In this document: positions 59,501 through 64,000 of the stretch, piece by piece | How the letters are laid out: each line of letters opens with the position of its first letter | How positions within the stretch are numbered: the first letter of the stretch is position 1 | Assembly (NCBI GenBank): GCA_026683435.1 | Contig: GCA_026683435.1_4866.1 | Strand: one strand, 5' to 3' | Source of the DNA: a phage | Length of the DNA stretch: 64,000 nucleotides | Translations under genes and position numbers: made by a program | The notes under the pieces: model-generated | The model's input: the letters and a program-made list of their open reading frames with translations, nothing else | Databases searched by the model: none | What the model was told of the DNA's origin: nothing

Positions 59501-60281
59501 AGCGGACAGTGTGCTAGAAACGGTAATTGGGTGTTGCCATCACTCGGCCACGTTCATGCACCGTATTTCTGTACTCGTCGTACGCACCGCAGGGCGTATT
59601 ACCACTCCAGGCGGCGTGAGCACGTATGCGGGAATCGCGGTTAACTACGGACGTGCTGCTCAGGTTGTTATTGGCTTGAACGGTGTTACTGGTTCCGGCC
59701 ATGACTGGACGGCACTTAATCCATCGGTGCGTTTCAGCCACACGCGAACAGCGGACGGTATTTCGTTCGAGGGAACGATTAACATCGATTCCAAAACGAT
59801 TAACTTTGAGCTGACGCTAACCGCGACAACAAAGACGCTGAAATACACCTTGCAGTCGACCGGAGAGTCGTGGACTGAGGATTTGTCTACCCGTCTCCGT
59901 CCTGACTATATCGACTTGACGAAACTGATTACCGATCCGAGTACGCCGATTTATCACGGCGTGGGTGGTTTGTTTAGTTCCGACACCGAAGTGCGTTTGA
60001 CTTACGCTAACCTGAACACGATGCCGACAAAGAATCGTTATTACGCCACGTTCCTTGACTATGCGATTAACTATTCCGGCTTAAACCGCGCAAGATTCTT
60101 TACTGGCGTGGTGGATGCAGGTTCAACGATTAATGAGATGAACAGCGCGATGTGCAACTATTCATACAGTTCGTTCCGACCAGTGGATACAGGTAAAATT
60201 CCACTGGTGGCACACCCATCCAAGATGATGACGTTCAATCCGAAAAACACGTCAGCTCGAACACTTATTATTCGTGATTAA
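56568..60281 (+). CDS. large tail-fibre-like protein
   Basis: 1237-aa ORF with RBS aaggag; directly followed by a second giant fibre-like ORF. Confidence 0.75.
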   Translation: MAVVPDPHYQEPGNMQTGEAVTPIGTKYRMLFPAHAPFYTTSLVVKSGGKKLTLGDDYVITHAYVTGMARTGHVCHGGVWITNPKYQSGFTLDYHAIGIGEATAEMIAAEREANKDRYPVDCQWDNVIGDLYFPPVDIKFDWENWRGESELMEAIVAVGAKLGEAISRVDPIARNTLDLQYRAGVTLITSEQYATYDGTGGYTYNASRRRYSLSYQNTTFDAYSLAVKYRLPSIPPETTLNPGELIDWMLCYANGGASILRLQLKQRAIYLTLTTAIGSGSSNYSYTLTTGLTDTELAGEVEFSVVRREGNGIYDITVKTSKQTVNYSFNVDNPPSEFAPGYQKTNVAKWLKFKSGVNLNWWAGENDYVQIRSLPGAPAPDVNNDVYQLLVKYHQIVDKLYRDAPAHTHVPRKDNPHRDSWGAIRALENNGIASDATLVYGKTQPQLTDYVNNLLPKLSTLANKLLRLPTAAQSINGTFGMKPGLTSITSAVGTDESEGVGAQFTVDPRVIRFIGRDSQTVNAGNNPITWQGGANQLILYPDSRGLEFNGKKLLDPTTVGPYLPGNESGGDGLFYGASTATVTINGNGIQSVPFICTFVPPESDDLGLMAVRLLATEFGDREDLAATPALIKKLDQQFTGKLVAVKSYINDMPLTSSIYIDKTNFGLSNVQNIPDVQLPISPLQQAELDKYAVVGHKHTSAAFGIKRATTTEFGLVQFGTAVDDATLALDGGEVIRQADAITEIVKVAKTVDSGASINIIRYGLPGTDIIENGITYTDWMVTIKANDYFVGREYKVPLSTFNLAELFPATHEDAEFGVYVDAAGDDGKYIIYENPNTAETETMTKIGSIVTSETGVVFVEIRNVTRLGEFRELGEHIEDDNAHIRRGMTQAEFGFTYGTGGPVWSTGAPGTKRIDADWRYAQASSYTPMLKADYDPAADKWTFKTTGLTVADYRFVHNTFPMFQNNGITATWTPLTATADSVLETVIGCCHHSATFMHRISVLVVRTAGRITTPGGVSTYAGIAVNYGRAAQVVIGLNGVTGSGHDWTALNPSVRFSHTRTADGISFEGTINIDSKTINFELTLTATTKTLKYTLQSTGESWTEDLSTRLRPDYIDLTKLITDPSTPIYHGVGGLFSSDTEVRLTYANLNTMPTKNRYYATFLDYAINYSGLNRARFFTGVVDAGSTINEMNSAMCNYSYSSFRPVDTGKIPLVAHPSKMMTFNPKNTSARTLIIRD

Positions 60282-60293
60282 GGAGATTTTTGA

Positions 60294-63200
60294 ATGAAAA
60301 CGTATCCTTACGATCCTCGGGGTGTAAATCCTGAGTGTCACTTCATCGAGGAACGTATCATCGACTCCGACAATCCTAACGATCGGGTGGTGATGCTAGA
60401 TCATCGCCCGTTTTTCGAAGGATTGGTGGTAAGGCTCGCCGGCTCGTCCATACCGCTTACCCGCGGGACGGACTATGAGCTGGAGTATGCTTTAACACCG
60501 TTGGACGACTCGGTGACGACCCCGGTGTTTTGCGGGGTGCATCTTATTAACCCTAAACTGCGTGGTGCGGTGGTCTTTGAAGGCCAGATGCTCGGGGGTA
60601 CGTTTTACAGTGGTTTGATTGAGATGTTGGATGAGCTAATTAAGGCTCTCAACAATCCAACGGCTGCAGATTGGCTGCTTTTAGGTAATCGACCCTCCCT
60701 GTACCCAGCCACCCCTGCAGCGGTAGCTTGGTCAGACATGCTGAATAAAAAGTATGTTGCCTCTGCAGTGCATGATGTGGAGTTAGATGCCGGGGCGGCC
60801 AACGAGCAGATTCGTGAAAAGCTTACTGAGCTGAAAGATGCGGTTTTGGGCTTAGGAACTGAAATCGCCACATTTAACTACCCCGGACACATTGCGTCGA
60901 CTAACCCCCATGGGACTACCGCGGCGCAGGCCGGTGCGCATCCTGTCAACCTGAAAACGCCAGATACTTTCCTGGCGTATGGAAAGACGTTGCGTCAATT
61001 AACCAGCGAGGTCCGTGCACTGGGCCTGCAACAATCGGATATCGACAAGTACATTTCTAAATGGGTATCGAAAGAATCCAAAGGGGTGTTTAACGCGACG
61101 ATATCCGGTACTCGTGCCCTGTTCCGTTCTCCTGCTGGTGAATCCGAAATTGTGTTCTCTGCTGAGGCATTCACTCTTAAATCTAATGGCTCTGTTGTGT
61201 TGGCGTGTGGGTATGCCGACACTACTGGAACCGTCCGGTTTATGGAGTGGAAAGCAGGCATCAATACATTACGTATTGAGTCGACTGGCAGTGCCTTGGG
61301 GATGGATAAGCTGACGCTTAATGGTACGACGTTACTGACCACAACTGCTCTCATGGGCTATCAACAAGACCCTGGTACCGGCGGTGGTACCGTTGACCCG
61401 GATGACAACAAACTGTACATTAGCGGGGTGAACGGCATCACTTTCACGGGTAAAGGGTCAAAAGCCGATCCCGTCACCGGGAAGGTCACAGCCAAACCCG
61501 CGACGACCTCTGAACCTGGCGTTGTGACGCTGACTGATAAGCCGAGCGATGTAGTCAAAGGGCAAGCAGCCACCCCGTCGGCGCTTTTGCCGTATGAGGG
61601 CGACCTGTCTTCGTACGTCAGGAAGACAACGCTGCTGAATAACCAGCCGATGAACACTGGTAGTCGAACGCTGACGAAAAAGGATTTAGGTTTAGACTTG
61701 GCTGATAACACAGCTGACGTCGATAAACCACTTTCTGATGCGTTGGCAGAAGCAGTTACCGGTCTTAGTGATAAAGGTCACCATCACAACTTCGCCGATT
61801 TACAGATCCCAACGGCTTCTCAAACAGTTCCCGGTATCGCTCGATATTCTACCAACCTAAACGGCTTGTCGGGTAATCGCGGCGTTACCCCGAACGTTCT
61901 GAACGATTTGTCAAAACGTTTAGACGTAGTTGCAGCTGCGCTAGCAAACGCGAAAGAGGATTCCGTGACCGATTTTGCCGCTGTGCGTGGTAAGACTTGG
62001 ACTGTGGGATCTACACGTACCACCCTCGCCGTAACGGATTTGAATTATTTCTATCTGTTAAATGGTGCACGTAAAGAGGGGACGGTATCTGGTTCGATAG
62101 ACCTGCAAACCACCCCGATGTTCCAGTGGTTCTCTCCAGATAACCGTATGGAAAGAACGTGGCAGAACGCGGTAATTAATATCGGTGACGGTATTGATTT
62201 TAGTGGGTTTGAGGTTGCCGTCCCGGAAACGAACTACGGTGCGCAGATTGGGTTAACGGCAACCGGCATGGGTGACTTATCGGTTGTTAACCTTTTAGCA
62301 AAAACGTGGGTTCGTTGCGATACAGGTAAACTACGTATTTGGGTTCGTGGCGGTGGTGCTGTTTCTGTTTATCTGGACGGTGTAATTATCGGTGCGGGTA
62401 TTACAGAAGCGGGGTATCTGGAGGCGACTGTCAAAGAGGGGTGGAAGCAACATTGCCTGGCGTTTCGTGCGGAATGTAACAATAGCGCGAAAGCAGCTGC
62501 TATACGCTTCACCATTTACGATGGTGATTACCCGGTTGCGGTGTCGGACAAAAACACCAAGGTCGCCCGTTTGCAGGAGTTTGTTAAGACCGCGAACGGT
62601 TTACGACATTATCTTTACGTGAACATGATAACCGACGCATTGTATTCACGTGCGGAACCCATTGTGGACACTGAAGGTATTAACCTGGAGCGTGGGTACA
62701 TTGGTTACATTGATGTACCCGAGACGGGATTGGTTGCAGGTACGACTTACGAGTTTGAAACGACGTTTGATTTTGGCATGGCGTCCGAACTTAAACGACA
62801 CTTCGAAACACGTCTGGCGCACGGAGTGAGTAATGCCGACTGGTCGTTGACGGATAACCCAAAAATGTTACCGCTAAACAAAGTCGATCCGTTGCCTAAA
62901 CAGTGGCTTTATGCGTACCCTAATAGTCCAGTTTCTGGTAACCACTATATTCGATTAGACCGAGGGTTATTCGATTATAAATTTGATAGTACCATTTCAA
63001 GCCTAGTGTTTGTTGGAGCGGTTGTCTCCACAGAAAGCGCATCACCGTACTGCTGGTTTACACCAAGCAACCCGAAAGAAAAAGGGATGGCGACGTTTGA
63101 AGGTTCTGTGGTGGTCGATGTTGATTTGTCGGAAGCACAAACAGTTCGCGTTCGCGATATCACATTAAACTTCATGGCCCCGTCTGCAGATGATAAAAGC

Positions 63201-64000
63201 AAGACTAGGGTACTGAGATGGAGTGGCAATCGTCCAGAATTGAATTGTGGCTTCATCACGTCTCCTTATAACCAAGCAACTGGAGGCATCATCTCGACCA
63301 CGCAGGGCAGTGTTACAAATAAGGTGCTTGAAAATCCGAGGGTAATTAAAAACCTGACGAGCCAATCTACCGAGTGTTTAGATTTTCTTTCGGTTCATAC
63401 CGATAGTGAGCCTGCGCCGCTTGGAGATCGTTGGCTTGTACGTTATCGATACATTGTTGATACGCAGGTACTGCGCATCTCAATGGTTTCTAAGTTGATA
63501 GCCAATCCGCTGGTGCAGGTTTACGAAATGGAATACGACATTCCGTTTGATGCGATCGATTACTTTAAAGGTGGGGCGCTAGCCATCCACGTTTCCGGTA
63601 TTGAAACTGGAGACAACGTGACTATTAACCACGGTTTGATGCAGCCGATCATCTCAGATGTGGATATAAATCGTTTCCATTATTTACGTTCACTGTTTGA
63701 GTCGTATATTGAAAGGACACCAGATAGACAGTCTTCCGGCCACGAGGAGATGACAGTAACAACGGTACCTTTTGCGTCATTTGGAGATAACGTTGATCAC
63801 CCGGTTACGGAATACATCACGATGTCTGCTGCAAGTGAAGGTTATCCGGAACTTGCACCGAACGGTAAACTCCCCGCGCCGTTTTATAAAGGGCTGCAGA
63901 AACGTGGTGCTCCGCTACTTGAGTCGGCTCCTGCCGACTATACGGCTAACGGTGGTGAATGGAAGAACGGCTTTATGCGGGCCTATCGCCCAACTCAAAC
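60294..64000 (+). CDS. partial tail-fibre-like protein (C-terminus beyond right edge)
   Basis: Manual translation from ATG 60294 (RBS aggag) is open to the window end; absent from ORF track; contains KKDLGLDLADNTADVDKPLSDA and GHHHNFADL, motifs typical of phage tail fibres. Confidence 0.75.
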   Translation, partial: MKTYPYDPRGVNPECHFIEERIIDSDNPNDRVVMLDHRPFFEGLVVRLAGSSIPLTRGTDYELEYALTPLDDSVTTPVFCGVHLINPKLRGAVVFEGQMLGGTFYSGLIEMLDELIKALNNPTAADWLLLGNRPSLYPATPAAVAWSDMLNKKYVASAVHDVELDAGAANEQIREKLTELKDAVLGLGTEIATFNYPGHIASTNPHGTTAAQAGAHPVNLKTPDTFLAYGKTLRQLTSEVRALGLQQSDIDKYISKWVSKESKGVFNATISGTRALFRSPAGESEIVFSAEAFTLKSNGSVVLACGYADTTGTVRFMEWKAGINTLRIESTGSALGMDKLTLNGTTLLTTTALMGYQQDPGTGGGTVDPDDNKLYISGVNGITFTGKGSKADPVTGKVTAKPATTSEPGVVTLTDKPSDVVKGQAATPSALLPYEGDLSSYVRKTTLLNNQPMNTGSRTLTKKDLGLDLADNTADVDKPLSDALAEAVTGLSDKGHHHNFADLQIPTASQTVPGIARYSTNLNGLSGNRGVTPNVLNDLSKRLDVVAAALANAKEDSVTDFAAVRGKTWTVGSTRTTLAVTDLNYFYLLNGARKEGTVSGSIDLQTTPMFQWFSPDNRMERTWQNAVINIGDGIDFSGFEVAVPETNYGAQIGLTATGMGDLSVVNLLAKTWVRCDTGKLRIWVRGGGAVSVYLDGVIIGAGITEAGYLEATVKEGWKQHCLAFRAECNNSAKAAAIRFTIYDGDYPVAVSDKNTKVARLQEFVKTANGLRHYLYVNMITDALYSRAEPIVDTEGINLERGYIGYIDVPETGLVAGTTYEFETTFDFGMASELKRHFETRLAHGVSNADWSLTDNPKMLPLNKVDPLPKQWLYAYPNSPVSGNHYIRLDRGLFDYKFDSTISSLVFVGAVVSTESASPYCWFTPSNPKEKGMATFEGSVVVDVDLSEAQTVRVRDITLNFMAPSADDKSKTRVLRWSGNRPELNCGFITSPYNQATGGIISTTQGSVTNKVLENPRVIKNLTSQSTECLDFLSVHTDSEPAPLGDRWLVRYRYIVDTQVLRISMVSKLIANPLVQVYEMEYDIPFDAIDYFKGGALAIHVSGIETGDNVTINHGLMQPIISDVDINRFHYLRSLFESYIERTPDRQSSGHEEMTVTTVPFASFGDNVDHPVTEYITMSAASEGYPELAPNGKLPAPFYKGLQKRGAPLLESAPADYTANGGEWKNGFMRAYRPTQ

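Noticed and set aside
1-64000. CRISPR array, integrase, transposase or other mobile element
   Set aside because: No regularly spaced direct repeats and no recombinase-like ORF seen; the only repeats are dispersed single copies of the conserved element and terminator stems.

Overview
This 64-kb window reads as a segment of a large virulent tailed phage of an enterobacterial-type host: dense, often overlapping genes with strong Shine-Dalgarno sites and many hairpin terminators, and no integrase, tRNA, rRNA or CRISPR array that I could see. All calls are by eye from the sequence and the ORF track; no database search was run, so family assignments rest on motifs I recognise and need HHpred/BLAST confirmation. 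Plus-strand islands of virion-type genes alternate with long minus-strand blocks of mostly small hypothetical genes. The plus-strand islands are: a 2373-aa tape-measure-like protein with a C-terminal lytic transglycosylase (SLT) motif, followed by 753-aa and 179-aa proteins (1.4-11.3 kb); a 459/207-aa pair (35.3-37.3 kb); a 310-aa protein plus a small DUF1471-like protein (53.8-55.2 kb); and two >1200-aa tail-fibre-like proteins from 56.6 kb, the second running off the right edge. Recognisable minus-strand genes are a ThyA-family thymidylate synthase with two insertions, an RNase HI domain fused to an unknown C-terminal domain, a DEDDh exonuclease, a Rad50/SbcC-like ATPase, a macro-domain protein, a GNAT-like protein and a secreted SLT-like protein. 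The most interesting unexplained signals are: (i) a conserved ~35-bp element recurring at four or five gene junctions; (ii) a tandem array of paralogous small secreted Cys-containing proteins; (iii) a run of five overlapping mini-genes for 34-67-aa hydrophobic peptides, all below the ORF-track cutoff in their likely form; (iv) a tandem trio of diverged ~180-aa paralogs; (v) a perfect 24-bp palindrome; and (vi) an inner-membrane-anchored protein plus lipoprotein pair. Two long ORFs missing from the track because they run off the window edges are also reported.
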